Source: Laetmonice hystrix (taxonomy: Eukaryota). From it: DNA of 64,000 nucleotides. Below are positions 19,801 to 34,800 of the stretch, piece after piece. How positions within the stretch are numbered: position 1 is the stretch's first letter; every line of letters starts with the position of its first letter. The stretch lies in contig OZ249440.1 of NCBI GenBank assembly GCA_965235115.1, forward strand, positions 21,080,001 to 21,144,000. Direction: 5' to 3'. Below the pieces are notes generated by a model, which was given only the letters and a program-made list of their open reading frames with translations, did not search any database and had not been told where the DNA came from. Position numbers and translations under genes: made by a program.

Positions 19801-22800
19801 TAGGTTCTTGATTATCAAACAATCTGATGGAATTGATAGTCTATACAAGTCTATCTCCGGGGTCTGTAATAATGAATGGGACCTACTCGGACATAACTCC
19901 TACCCCTCCCCTAGCTGTCTACATATCTACTACATTAAGACTCCATTGAATCCACGACTCGCTTTGACTTGAACAACTTCACAAAGTGTTGGGTTACGGT
20001 CCGTGAATTCTCATGTACGTACATATTCTGGGTGGTCACCAAGTTTTACAGAACACATTCTGACCTTGCAGCACAACTTTTTATTACAGACGACTGTCTT
20101 TATACCGTTTCCTTGATGTCAGAATGGCTTTCAACTTACGAATTCACTTACATACGAAATTCGATTAAAATAATTATAATCACGGAACTAGATCATCCAT
20201 TTCCTAACTGTCACATAAACTACATAAACTAAACAAACACAGGCGTCACATAGAAACTAGGAATTAAAGAAAATCACTTCCTATGACAAAAAGTCTTTCA
20301 TCCTCACAATTCAGAAATTACTCTTGAGTGATATTTCACCCTTTCCAGTACGAAATACAGGGGACAAATGCAGATGTCTGTGCCCACATCAAAGGGCTGC
20401 CAGTGTCGTAGGTCAGCATACAGTGGCAGTCAGGTTGAGCGATCGACATGAGTTATACGAGTGTAAAACCCACACACTGGTATTACAAAGTGGTCGTCGG
20501 AGCAGTGACGGGCGGGGAGTATACGACGACCCCAAGGTAAGTGTGTGACAGACTCATCAGTCACCAGCGGGGCCATCCCAGCCCGGACCCAACCCGGCCC
20601 GGACCCGGCCCGGGAAGGTGACACACACAGACGTCCCGTCACGGTCCGGTGACCTCTCAATGACACGCTTCAGACGTCAGTTGATCCTACCACCCAACCT
20701 CTCTCCCCGGTCAATGAAATCTACGAATCCTTTCCATTAATACGGCGACGTTACAATTTGCTCACACCCTCTACCGTGATGACTTCATGATGACGATCAA
20801 AGAGACATTCTGTTATCAGATACAACGGGGTAATACACCCTCTCCCTTCACCTACTTCATTGTGGAAGGTTTAGCTTTCCACCCATCTGGAGGTCCGCCC
20901 ACCTATAGCGGTCCAGCCATCTAGAGGTCCATCCTTCTAGAGGTCTAGCCACCCATCTACAGGATCCCCTATCAAGAGGTCCATCCACCCAAAGGTCCGC
21001 CCACCTAGAGGTCCAGTCACCCGGAAGGCCTCCCATCTAGAGGTCCATCCTTCTAGAGGTCCAGACACCCATCTACAGGATCCCCTATCAAGAGGTCCAT
21101 CCACCCAGAGGTCCGCCCACCTAGAGGTCCAGTCACCCGGAAGGCCTCCCATCTAGAGGCCCCTTTGAGATGTCCAACTTGACCTGCTGCACCCAGGTCA
21201 AAGCGAGGATGTCATCCCCACCATGACAGGCAATGATAACTAGCCTTAAGTCTCCATAGCTTACCATTTTGACTCGTCTATGAGATATGGTAATGGGTCA
21301 TACTTCCTGCTGACTACGACCTCCGCCATTACCCATGAAGCTATCAAACAACTCGTAAGCTAGGAAAACCTTTAATGGGGTAGAATTGGCTCCTCAGCCA
21401 GTTATGCTACTTTTCAGATATTATCCGCCGGAACACTTTGCCTTTTATGACGCGGAAAATAAAGGCTCTCGGGAAATGTTCCACTAAACTACGGAAGAAC
21501 GACTGAGGAAGTCAGGGGGAGCCATCTGACAGCGATAAGTTGGTACTCTGGGGCATCACCTCGGCCCAGTCGGCCCAGGGCGTACGCCAGGGAGGCTGGG
21601 GTGGGGATTGACATGATTATGATCATTTAAACGAGTCACACACTACAGTGATATTGTCCGAAAATATCTCTCACATGTCTCCAAATATCACAGTGACTTG
21701 TACACCAACCGACGAGCTAAAATTCTGGCCACCTGTTCCACATGTGTATATGAACGGCCTTTTCGGGTCAGTATAACCTTTACTGATTGTTACTGGACAG
21801 ACTGGAAGCAATACAATAGTTCCAGATATAGAACCCGTCAGCTTCCTGCAATCCTATCTCTACTGACAAATTTTAAAATGTCAGCATATTTTGCACATTT
21901 CATCAAGAGAAAGATGGCGACAGTGAAGTCCTGCAGCGAACAAAGAGCCACAGCTGCAGCGACTGACGTAGTGAAACCCAATTATCTCCATCCTCAGGGA
22001 CTTCTCCATTGAGGACGCGTTTCCTAATCTGAAGCTGGTTTCGGTTGGTGGTAGTCACCCGTTTCTTAGCCACTACCACCCTCCACTTCCCACGCAGACT
22101 TTGTTACAGTAAGACGACACTCGCTGCAGGCAATGCTCTGTTTGTCAACCACACAAACCAAGCTCTCCATCAAGCTGCTCCAAGCTGCACCAAGTCCAAG
22201 CAATGAATCCCAACTTGCTTAGAGCAAACAAATTATGTTTCTTGTCCAAACTCCAGCAGATCTATCCCATGACTGTCTATTATTCCACAAGGTCTGGCTC
22301 TATCAACGTAAGAGATCTGTGAGCCGAGTTTCCCCATGTGTCTAACAGGTGGTAGGTAAGTCATCTGGTTATCAATGTTTCACCACTGTAGATTATACTC
22401 CTAGGATCCTGCAGTAGCAGTCATCTGGTTATCAATGTTTCACCACTGTAGATTATACCCCTAGGATCCTGCAGTAGCAGTCATCTGGTTATCAATGTTT
22501 CACCACTGTAGATTATACCCTTAGGATCCTGCAGTAGCAGTCATCTGGTTACCAATGTTTCCCCACTGTAGATTATACTCCTAGGATCCTGCAGTAGCAG
22601 TCATCTGGTTACCAATGTTTCCCCACTGTAGATTATACTCCTAGGATCCTGCAGTAGCAGTCATCTGGTTACCAATGTTTCACCACTGTAGATTATACTC
22701 CTAGGATCCTGCAGTAGCAGTCATCTGGTTACCAATGTTTCACCACTGTAGATTATACTCCTAGGATCCTGCAGTAGCAGTCATCTGGTTATCAATGTTT

Positions 22801-25800
22801 CACCACTGTAGATTATACTCCTAGGATCCTGCAGTAGCAGTCATCTGGTTATCAATGTTTCACCACTGTAGATTATACCCTTAGGATCCTGCAGTAGCAG
22901 TCATCTGGTTATCAATGTTTCACCACTGTAGATTATACCCTTAGGATCCTGCAGTAGCAGTCATCTGGTTATCAATGTTTCACCACTGTAGATTATACCC
23001 TTAGGATCCTGCAGTAGCAGTCATCTGGTTATCAATGTTTCACCACTGTAGATTATACCCTTAGGATCCTGCAGTAGCAGTCATCTGGTTATCAATGTTT
23101 CACCACTGTAGATTATACTCCTAGGATCCTGCAGTAGCAGTCATCTGGTTATCAATGTTTCACCACTGTAGATTATACCCTTAGGATCCTGCAGTAGCAG
23201 TCATCTGGTTATCAATGTTTCACCACTGTAGATTATACTCCTAGGATCCTGCAGTAGCAGTCATCTGGTTATCAATGTTTCACCACTGTAGATTATACTC
23301 CTAGGATCCTGCAGTAGCTTTCCCCGCCCAGACCTCACTTATGGTGCACGTCTAGACTACTTAATCACATTGTAAATCAAGTATCATTTCTCAATATAGG
23401 CCTACGTATTTTAATGGTTGACAGCATACCAATAACACGCAGTCCGTAAAGTCTCTACCCATTCCAATGATACGGGTTATTAGTCTACACGTACCGATCG
23501 AGTTTGCCGTGTTACTGAAACATAAAAACCGACTACTTACGGAAGACATAGAGGTAGTAGTCGACCGTCACCGAACCGTATCCATTGGTAGCCTTGCAGG
23601 CGTACTTGCCCGAATCCTCCTCTACCACGTCCTTAATCCGCAGTCCTTTATTGAGCATTCTGAACCTCTCCCAACCTGGATTGATCGACTCGTCATCCTT
23701 AGTCCAGTCTAGAAACGGGAGAGGGTCAGCCTCTACGGGACACGTTAACTTCACAGTCTGACCAACACGGGCAATCTGACGACGGTGGACTCGAGACATC
23801 ACCTTGGGTGGACCTGAAAAAAAAGTTACATTGTTTTCAAAAAGAGATAATGTCTATTGTATTACACCGTCTTCGGCTAGTGGAGCCAAACGAATAACCT
23901 ACAGAACCAAGTCAAGATACAAAAGATGTACATAGGCTAAGTTCTCTACTTTATGACTGTATAATATTTCACTCAGAAAATTAAAACATTTATAAACCCA
24001 ACAAAAAGTCAAACTAAGTGTTGGACCCTGACCTGGATTCTGTAAAACTTATTGCTTAAGTGGCTGGTTGGTCTGCTCAAGCAAGAACGAAACTTTTGAA
24101 AAAAGGTTCCTGCACAATATCAGCAAAACTATCTGTAAAAAGAACGGCAGTACGCTAAAAGGTTGACGGTATCAATTCTTTTCTGGCAGAGAATTCATCC
24201 CAGAGCGATATTGTTCACGAGAGGAAAGAGTGACGGTTTATTTGAGACTGCTTGTTTGACATTGCTGTTGGAGACATGACAGTGACGTGACCTTGCCGAC
24301 GATATCCAGGTATGATCTATTTACCAAGCAATCTCAGCCAGAGTTCACGTATTTGTTTGGTTCCACCTGACAGGTATAACATGACCAGGGTCACGTGTAG
24401 CGAGTCACCACAGGTCCTGTCTGATAATTATCATTCAATACATGTTACAGACAACTCATCTACCACTTCACGCTCTTCTGGTCATATCGGCACCGCTGTC
24501 TGTCTCCTACTCCATCTAAAAACGGCAACAAGTCAAACGGTTCACGAACTAGAGGAGAGTCGATGGGAAGATTCCCTACAGGGGTTCTGACATAGCCCAC
24601 TGGACATACCGTAATCCCCCACTTAGGCCTACCTCTTCTGTTCCCGAAGTGGCCGAAAATTGTCTGAGTCCGAAAAGGTACTACATTGGTCGGGGGTAAC
24701 AACCGATAACAGAACAGCCCTATCAAAACCAGGTCGTGTATCTGTTACATTTTGAATAGGACATGCTGAGCTATTTTAAATTTTATGCGCTAGGACAGGT
24801 ATAGATCTAAGTGGGGGATTAAGGTATTAACCTGGCTGACCCAGGGCCATAACGAGTAGGGGGTAAATGGGGCAGTTGCCTGCTGTTGAGTCTGAAAAAA
24901 GTGCCCTCCAGGACAACTTGCCCTTTAAAATTTGTAGAAATATTTTCTTGTTGACACGTGCCCCTCTAAACATCGAACTGCCTCCCTAGCATTTTCTGGC
25001 CGACTACAGCCTTGATAACCTACAGGAACCAGTCCACCTCAGTGCATGATTCTCACAACCAAGGCACGCGGCACTCGGACTTTGGCTGGCAGTGTTTGTC
25101 CGGAGACCGGTCAGACTGCTCTCAGTTTATCTTCCCACCAGCAGGGGGCGCCTCCACGTTAACCATCCGGGTCCCGTCGGGATCATCAGAGGATCGGGAT
25201 AAAAATTACCATTATGTACTTTTCTTAGTGACCCAAACACAGCAGGAATGTACGCGTTTGACATGGTTGTTATTGCTTTATTCTTATCAATAAAATGTAT
25301 ACGCGTGTAAGCGTCAATCTAACCGTGTTACGTTTACGTCAACAAACACTTCCATCTGTCTCTACTCCGACTACTGACCCCGTTTCCATTTCAGTCATCG
25401 GCAAAATGAATTTAGCGTAAGGTGCTACCCGTCCAATCTCCCACTATTCCTCCCAAGTGATCAGAATAACTGTAATTGCATGGCAAAGTGACACCTCCAA
25501 TTGCCCTTTAATTAGAGCGATGTAGCCAGTTGCCGCGGCAGTGACCAGCAAACCGAGAACCTCAAGAGGCTGACCACCTTCTGGTAGGGTCAGTCAGAGA
25601 AAAGATAAGCAGAGGTCGACGTTTGTATTTCCCTTGGCCCCTGGCCACTCGACCACAGTCCCCGGTCAATGTACCTTATCTCGCCCGCCTCTCCCAATCG
25701 GCCCAGTCGTTATGCAAGGCAGCAACCAAATTCGGTTCTGTGTCCATCTGTTTATATGCTAGGGTCCCACTGTGCCGCAGTGACGTCATGTCATGTCATT

Positions 25801-28800
25801 ATGACATCATCCAGGTGCAGGTCTGCACATCCTATCACTGTGACGTCAGAGAGACGTCGTCTCCAGGGGAGCCCAGGCCAAGAGCGGGAAGCACAGCCCC
25901 ATCCGGCAGCGTCTGAGCCAGACTGATGAACTGTCCTCATCACAGCAATAGAGTCTACATGACCCATATAAAACGGTTTCACGTGTGTTCCCGACTCCCA
26001 TGTTTCAATATCTCCCGTCACCTCACCGGATCTCACTGAAGGAGACAATCTCAGCACGGATTTTCCAAGATCAATAGAGTGAACTAACTGTGAGTGTCCC
26101 TAAGATTGCAGATGGTTCCCCTCGAATAAAGACCTGCTCCTCTACCAGTGAGTTCCAGTCAGAAGCCACTTTGCTACCATTTGATCCCCAGCACGACTCC
26201 CTGCGGCCTTGTCCTGTCATGGGTCATATATATAACGACGTTAACGGCCCTGCCATCATCAACTTGTCACTAGTCACCAGCTCATGTTTTGTCTCGCCAG
26301 TTCTATTTAAGGTCTTGGCCAGAATAACAACATCTGTCCGGGACTACATGCTCAGTACCATTTTAGATTATTACTACACTTGTTTTGTAATGTTCTCTCC
26401 GACCCTGAGACGGAAATATTCTCAAAAAAGTTTGCGACTTTAGTTACCTGGAGGGTACATACCATGGCAGAGACAGAATTTCACATTAACTGTCAGAAGT
26501 ATAACTTGATACTCTTGGCCAGGGCTACTACTGTCTAAATAACACTTCAAGCCTGTCATCATTCAGAAGTACCAGTAGTCACGTTTGACAGGTTTCATGA
26601 AACTGGAGTCGAAACTTCCTAAAAACGTCCCTACAATTTTAGCCGTCAGCCGAGCATGGCCCGACAGTTCCTGGGTTATTTTAAAGATTGAAGGGCCTGT
26701 ATGAAATACAAGCATGTTGTCCGTATAGGATGTAGGGCTCAGGGTGGGGGCCTTATCCTTGGTCTTCAAAGGCTGCAATAGTGGGTCCCCTTCAAAACAT
26801 GCCCTGTCCTCTTTAGTTCAGCCCCAGGACCCGCGCTGAGCTGAAAGACAATCTCAAAGAGACAAGGGCTTTCTAATGGGAATGTCATGCTGTTTTCGTT
26901 GGAAAGCATCCTCTAGTATTAACCAGCATACACAAACGGCCCAGTGAAGCTGTCAGACACCCAGCGTTCCACAACAATGCTGATTTGCAAGATGATCCAA
27001 GCGCCGTCCCCTGGGGACTCGGTAAGCGCTGGGCCGGGACGGAATGCCTAACTCCTCGATTTCCTCCCCTGGTACACCCTTAGCCACGGCCCGGGACAAT
27101 CCGACTGTCCCCAGCCGTTCCCAGCTCAGCCCTGACCACAGGCCTTGATCTGTGAGCCCCGCCGGTCCTCTTTTTGAGCGGAATAACCCGCAGATTCATC
27201 AACGCTACAAGTGTTTGCCCTCAGACGGCACCTGTAAGTGTGAGGTCATTACCCACACCCACGTCACACCCAGTAGATGATCTCCCCAGCCTTTCCCCAC
27301 TGGAGTGTGAGGTCATTTACCCACACCCACGTCACACCCAGTAGCCGATCTCCCTAGCCTTTCCCCGCTGGAGTGTGAGGTCATTACCCACACCCACGTC
27401 ACACCCAGTAGCTGATCTCCCCAGCCTTTTCCCACTGGAGTGTGAGGTCATTACCCACACCCACGTCACACCCAGTAGCTGATCTCCCCAGCCTTTCCCC
27501 ACTGGAGTGTGAGGTCATTACCAACACCCACGTCACACCCAGTAGCTCATCTCCCCAGCCTTTCCCCGCTGGAGTGTGAGGGCATTACCCACACCCACGT
27601 CACACCCAGTAGATGATCTCCCCAGCCTTTCCCCGCTGAAGTGTGAGGTCATTACCCACACCCACGTCACACCCAGTTGCCGATCTCCCCAGCCTTTCCC
27701 CGCTGGAGTGTGAGGTCATTACCCACACCCACGTCACACCCAGTAGCTCATCTCCCCAGCCTTTCCCCGCTGGAGTGTGAGGTCATTTACCCACACCCAC
27801 GTCACACCCAGTAGCTGATCTCCCCAGCCTTTCCCCACTGGAGTGTGAGGTCATTACCAACACCCACGTCACACCCAGTAGCTCATCTCCCCAGCCTTTC
27901 CCCGCTGGAGTGTGAGGGCATTACCCACACCCACGTCACACCCAGTAGATGATCTCCCCAGCCTTTCCCCGCTGAAGTGTGAGGTCATTACCCACACCCA
28001 CGTCACACCCAGTTGCCGATCTCCCCAGCCTTTCCCCGCTGGAGTGTGAGGTCATTACCCACACCCACGTCACACCCAGTAGCTCATCTCCCCAGCCTTT
28101 CCCCGCTGGAGTGTGAGGTCATTACCCACACCCACGTCACACCCAGTAGATGATCTCCCCAGCCTTTCCCCGCTGGAGTGTGAGGTCATTACCCACACCC
28201 ACGTCACACCCAGTAGCTGATCTCCCCAGCCTTTCCCCACTGGAGTGTGAGGTCATTACCCACACCCACGTCACGCCCAGGAGCTGATCTCCCCAGCCTT
28301 TCCCCGCTGGAGTGTGAGGTCATTACCCACACCCACGTCACACCCAGTAGATGATCTCCCCAGCCTTTCCCCGCCGTTGAATCAATGGAGAGCATTTTTA
28401 CTTACTCTGGGGAAGACCTGCTGTGTTGATGCGTGAATAGATATCACATACCATGTGGTACGAATGAAACCTTCACGGTCAATCGAAGCAGTAACTCATC
28501 ATTCTAACTCACTCCAGACTTCTCGCCGAATTATCATAGATATATTACTTTCTTACATACCCTCTCTGCTTGCGAAATTATTGCAACATAAAAAATAGCA
28601 ATAAAAGTCAACACCACATTGGGCAAACATTGACCTCAAATGATTCAACATACTTGTATACGTTCAGGTCCAAACCACCAGCAAACTTTCCTTTTATCAG
28701 CTCAATCAAGGAAATTCGCCGCCGTGTCCGTCAAACAAGCCAAGAAATACTGGGAGTTCACGCTGAACTAATCCGTATCAACTGTATGTCAGAAATCATA

Positions 28801-31800
28801 TCTGTCCCCAACGGTCGACAGCAAGTACCAGGAACCAGATCTGTCCTCAACGGTCGACAGTAAGTACCAGGAACCAGATCTGTCCCCAACGGTCGACAGC
28901 AAGCACCAGGAACCAGATCTGTCCCCAACGGTCGACAGCAAACACCAGGAACCAGATCTGTCAACGGTCGACAGCAAACACCAGGAACCAGATCTGTCCC
29001 CAACGGGCGACAGCAAGGACCAGGAACCAGATCTGTCCTCAATGGTCGACAGCAAACACCAGGAACCAGATCTGTCCCCAACGGTCGACAGCAAGCACCA
29101 GGAACCAGATCTGTCCTCAACGGTCGACAGCAAACACCAGGAACCAGATCTGTCCTCAACGGTCGACAGCAAACACCAGGAACCAGATCTGTCATCGGTC
29201 GACAGCAAACACCAGGAACCAGATCTGTCATCGGTCGACAGCAAACACCAGGAACCAGATCTGTCCTCAACGGTCGACAGCAAACACCAGGAACCAGATC
29301 TGTCCTCATCGGTCGACAGTAAGCACCGGGAACCAGATCTGTCCTCAACGGTCGACAGGAAACACCAGGAACCAGATCTGTCCTCAACGGTCGACAGCAA
29401 GCACCAGGAACCAGATCTGTCCCCAACGGTCGACAGTAAGCACCAGGAACCAGATCTGTCCCCAACGGTCGACAGCAAACACCAGGAACCAGATCTGTCC
29501 TCAACGGTCGACAGCAAGCACCAGGAACCAGATCTGTCCCCAACGGTCGACAGCAAGCACCAGGAACCAGATCTGTCCTCAACGGTCGACAGCAAACACC
29601 AGGAACCAGATCTGTCCCCAACGGTCGACAGCAAGCACCACGAACCAGATCTGTCAACGGTCGACAGCAAGCACCAGGAACCAGGTCTGTCCCCAAAGGT
29701 CGACAGCAAACACCAGGAACCAGATCTGTCAACGGTCGACAGCAAGCTGGATTACCATGCTACGTTGAAACATAGATTTAATTTTCACCTACATTTTTAT
29801 TTCTCTCCTACAAAAACCTCTGGAAGTAAGAGGGTTGTATTAACTTTTAGACGCAAACAACTTCAATGTCAACCTTACTTCATTAAAGATCGATCAGAAT
29901 GTCCGTCTAACCTTATTAAATATAGCTCACGGATGAAACCTTCAGATTTGAACTGCTGATAAGGAATCACTACACATCATTTCCTTGCGGAGGCCATATG
30001 GTCGACGATTCCGACCGAGCGGTGGGTGTTCCAGCATCAGCAGCTGCTGCCAAGCTTTCCCCCCAGTACGCTCCCATTCATACACCGTCAGCCTCGATCA
30101 GGAGGTAAGCCGCCCGGATGGCCGCCTCCACCCCCTCCTCCTCCTGTCCCTGGCCATCCTCCTACCCTCCCGTCACCAAACCTCAACCACCCGGTCACAT
30201 TACCCACGCAGCCCCAGCGGACCCGCCGACATATGGCCTGCCAGGGTTCACCACCACACATCACCACATTGGGAGAAATAATGCAAATAATTCATGCCTT
30301 CCCGGCCATGCTTACCAACGCCTGGAGCTGTCAACATGTGTCAAACAGGACAGCGCTAGCTCGGGCCGACAGTCCGATGCTTCAAGGGCTGCATTCCAGA
30401 TGGTTCACGGGAATTTGCTGCCTAAAATGCGTCTTACTCACATGTAAAGCTTTGAGAACGTACATGTCCCGTCTCGTGAGCTTCACCGAACATGTGTATA
30501 GAGTGGTACTCCCTGTACTTCTTCATTATGATGCTTCATGCTTGATGTCACTGACAGTCTTCAGTCCATACCACAAACTGACAGCTACCAGATTCAGTGA
30601 AAGCGGGTGCACATTACGAATTAAAAAATAATACTGACATTAATAGGAATATACAACATGACTCTTCTCTTTATGTGAATTTAACCGATAGACACACTGC
30701 CAATATAAAATCAACAAGGAGGATTGGTTGGCTTGATATTTGAAGCAGCATTTCAACTTTCTAATTGTCTCTCGGTGAAGACGTTAAACAGACCCAGTTG
30801 CACTGATTAGAACCTTAGGTTGAACCTAATGCTTTCAAATGTTCTTTTAGTAAATTTATGGAGCCAAAATTAGTTTGACCTTTAGAAGCGAACCCTTAGA
30901 TGTTTTGAATGCAGAAAAGCAAACCACATGCCCTCAAGCCTGGAAAATTGAAATGCCATGAGGTCGGCGATTTTTCAGGAGAGCAAATCAATTTAATATC
31001 TATATCCTACCGTGGCAAGGCTATATTGTACCCCACTGATTTGGACTAGGATGGTCTGGTAGCGGCTGAAGCCCCCAGAATCCAGCCGTATGGTGTGGAT
31101 ATAGGTGACGACGGTGCCATCAGTCAAGATCCGCCCGCCCTCCCTGATTGAGGCAATTTGTAGGCGGTTGGTGAGGACGCCCCGCCCCCGGCCACCACAG
31201 GCCTCGTGGACAGTAGTAGGCGCTAGGGCCTTCACCCCTCGCCCCCTGCTCCCACCCCAGCCATGGCCGGCTGGTTACCAGGCTGGCTGGATCGGGGAGT
31301 GAACCTCTGCTGACAGACACCATGCTGAGAAATATTTGAGTTATGATTCACCTGGAGATATTATATAGACCTCCTGGTCAGAACGTCAAGAATTTAAATG
31401 TTAGGATTGGTTGGGGGAAGTTACACCCTGGAGAATTAACATCTTCACGTGGCTCTAGCAATTGTGAATAGTTGGAATTGGCCGGAATCTTATAGAGTTA
31501 GACAGGAAAAGGCCAAAGTTAAAATTGGGGGAAAAAGAAGGAAAAACCCTTGTTGAAAGTATGAATGTTATCTAAGGTCTGTGAATCTTTCTGACCCGGA
31601 TACTGTGTGGTTTTTGATGCCAGGACGCCGGGGCCGTCAGGATGACGCCTGACCACGTGGGCCACGTGGCACTGATCACGTGGGGTTGCTAGCCCCGCCA
31701 GCCTCGCTGTGAACCGGCAGATTTCCATGGTCTGCTGCTACCATGGCTGCTGGCAGTAACTTCCTCCTGTCCGAGTTAGCGTCCAACACGTGGAAACCAA

Positions 31801-34800
31801 CTCTCCCACCATGGTCCCCACACTATCGCAGGTGTACACCCTGACCCTGTATAACTGGCATCCTGAACCGCTGTCTGTGCGCCAGCCATGACTGACCGGC
31901 TCATTGCTTGGCTGGTCTCTGATTGGTTTTAATTGGCTGGCCATTTGCTGGGCATTACCAATGGTTGGTTGTCATTTTGACGGCCGATAAAATAATTGGT
32001 TTAAAACGGTTCAACTTTAATGAAATTCAGGTGTAACGATATTCTAAGCTTGCCTTCTTTGGATTTTTCTGGGAGAATATTACAGATTTGGGTCACAACA
32101 TATACATATTTTCATATTGATTAAAAAAGCCAGAAAACATTGTATAATTTAACAATCACCCAGGAGGTACTATAATTCATAATATTATCTCAAAACACAT
32201 ATTCCTCAGAAATATCCTGAATACGATTCATCACATACTTGAGTAACTGTGTTGTGGTAGCTAAACGCCCCACTGACACCCTGAACTGTTGATGTTCAAG
32301 ACTCGGGCCAGTGGTAAACGACTCGGTAATTATATTCACAGACGAAGACTCACTTCCTTTCCAACTTACGAATCTGTGGATATTATTTAAGACCCAGTTT
32401 GACTGCCTGGCTGACATAGATAATAATCCTACCCCAAAATATGGCACCTCGCTTCCACTTCTTCCGCTTCCTGCAAACGAGGCCGGCGACGGACGGCAGG
32501 AGACGACGGAGGAGGCCGACCAGACTAGAGTGGGAGCAGCGCCACATCTGCCCCCCCCCCCTCCACCGCCACCACCCCTCCCGCTAAAACATCCACAGTT
32601 TTAACTAAACCAACGTTACCGTCTTGACATGTTCATTTATTTCATGGATGATACCACGGCAAAACTCCCGCGCTCCTTTCCTGACCCTCAGCTAATGTCA
32701 ATATTTCGATGACCTGACCCGCCACACACCAGTGCTATACGGTCCAACTTCTTTATCATCTTTATCAAAAAATTATCTGATTACCATGGAAACGATCAAT
32801 GGTCAGAGTACCTGGATGGCCAACCAAAGCAAACCTCATTCCGGGCCTGTGTTTTCAATCATGAAAACGTCTGTCCGGAGACTGCGTCATATGTAATTTT
32901 TCATCTAAATTAATGGTATTCCAAAAAGTACACATTTTATCTGTGTAATTACCGTCAGCATCAATTACAGGATTCAATCTGAAGAAATCTTCTGAGAGAA
33001 CGTGAGGAAATGAAGGAAGCGATAAAAGGACGGAAAATAATTCTGAAGATAAAGTTTCTTGGTGCCCCCTGTTAGTATCTTTCGTTCTTATTCATATAGA
33101 AATGTCTTAAATACTAAACGGATGGTAACGGAATTTTACATTATTGGCACGAGCTCACTCATTGCCAAGCAACATTTCCTTCCAGTCAAACGAGCCTGTC
33201 TACACCTACAAATACATCCTGGACAAAGTCTCACATCTATAGCATTCACACAATCTAACAAATTTTGCTATTTCATCAAACGTCATTCCCCACTACTTCA
33301 ACTTTTTAAAGTCCCACTCCAACGTCCCCATTCTCTATAATCTATAACTAGTGCATTCTGTACCCGCCACCGTTGAGCCCCACCGGCCCATCCTCTCCCC
33401 ACTTCACACAATGATTGCCCATCACCTGCATCCAATCCTCCTTACAATCCTACCAACTTCAATGAATCAAACCACAGGATACCGGACAACAGTTCCTTAT
33501 ACAAACGACACCATTCACGTATTGTTTTCACTAAAGGAATGTAGGAGCGACAGAAGCACTTGACTGAAGACAATGCGGGTAGTTTCCTTGTCAAACTATT
33601 GTGTATTGTTCTGTTCCCACTGAGAGGTCCCCACGAGATCATATTGAGGCTCTAAGGAAGCCGTCATAGTTTGTATCGATTCACACAAAGGATCATTCAG
33701 CTGCCCAACTTTAACCCCTGCCTAGAATAAATACGGTGGTGCACGTTAAACCTTCTACCTCCTGCCACACGGCAGGAAGTCCTTCTACCTTCTGAGGTAC
33801 TTAAGTGAACACAATGTTGTCTATTCAAATACGTCTTCAACACTTCTCTGTTACACCTTGGGCAAACTGTGAGGTGCCACTGATTGCATTTGTTAAAACA
33901 AAGACCCGTTTTCTAAATAGTAATCTAAGGTGTCCAAACTCATTATTCGAACCATGCGTCCTCTGGTACTATGCTTTTATTAGATGATCAGGCTTTTAAT
34001 GGATGATCAAACACTATTGTTGGACAAAACAATAAAGGCAGAGCTTTCATTATACTTTTAACATCAAAATCAGATCAACAACCTTTCAATGTTGTGTAGG
34101 TCGGCCACCGGAAAGAATTAAAAGCAATGGAATAATCATAAGCCGCTTCCATCATAGTAAAACCGCTGACCATGCAGTGGTAATCTGTTTGATTCCTGGA
34201 GCGCTTTCTGGCTGGATTCTGCGACCATGTACTTTTAAAAACGTTGTAAAGCATTATTTATCACATATTTTCCAATGCCGGTGTAGAAAATACAATCTGT
34301 GGATGACCACGAGTATAGAAAGCGCCAAGTTGGAGACCAGTTTAACATGTAGCAACTATGTACTAACTCTGCACAGACTACCTCTGCACAGACTATCTCT
34401 GCACAGACTATCCCTGCACAGACTACCTCTGCACAGACTATCCCTGCCTATGCACAGACAATGAATTCAGTCTGAAGCTAACGTCACGCCTTCATTCCCA
34501 AAACAAGTCCAACTTTTTCCAGCCTCTACTATCATAACTTTGATTCGTTATATTTTCAGCGTCCTACTCCACCCACGCCTGCTGCCGATATCAAATTTGG
34601 CTGATATTATCCCTGCCCTTTCACATCATGTATACAAACCAGCCTGGAAACTGCTACATCGACTAGTTACTAGACATCCCTCGAAATGAAAAATAAACAA
34701 ATAAAATAAAGAAATAAAAGGAAATTCCGCATCAGGGTTTTCTATCTATGGTTGAACCCCCCTTCAGAGATCAACCTTTCCAAGATTTTTTCCCGACTTC

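Noticed and set aside
22359-23318. Vector polylinker contamination (CCTAGGATCCTGCAG = AvrII/BamHI/PstI)
   Set aside because: The sites are part of a 60-bp genomic unit with natural variants among copies, and there is no other vector sequence.
30026-30631. Proline-rich 201-aa ORF
   Set aside because: Low-complexity C-rich DNA open in several frames; no domain or convincing splice sites.
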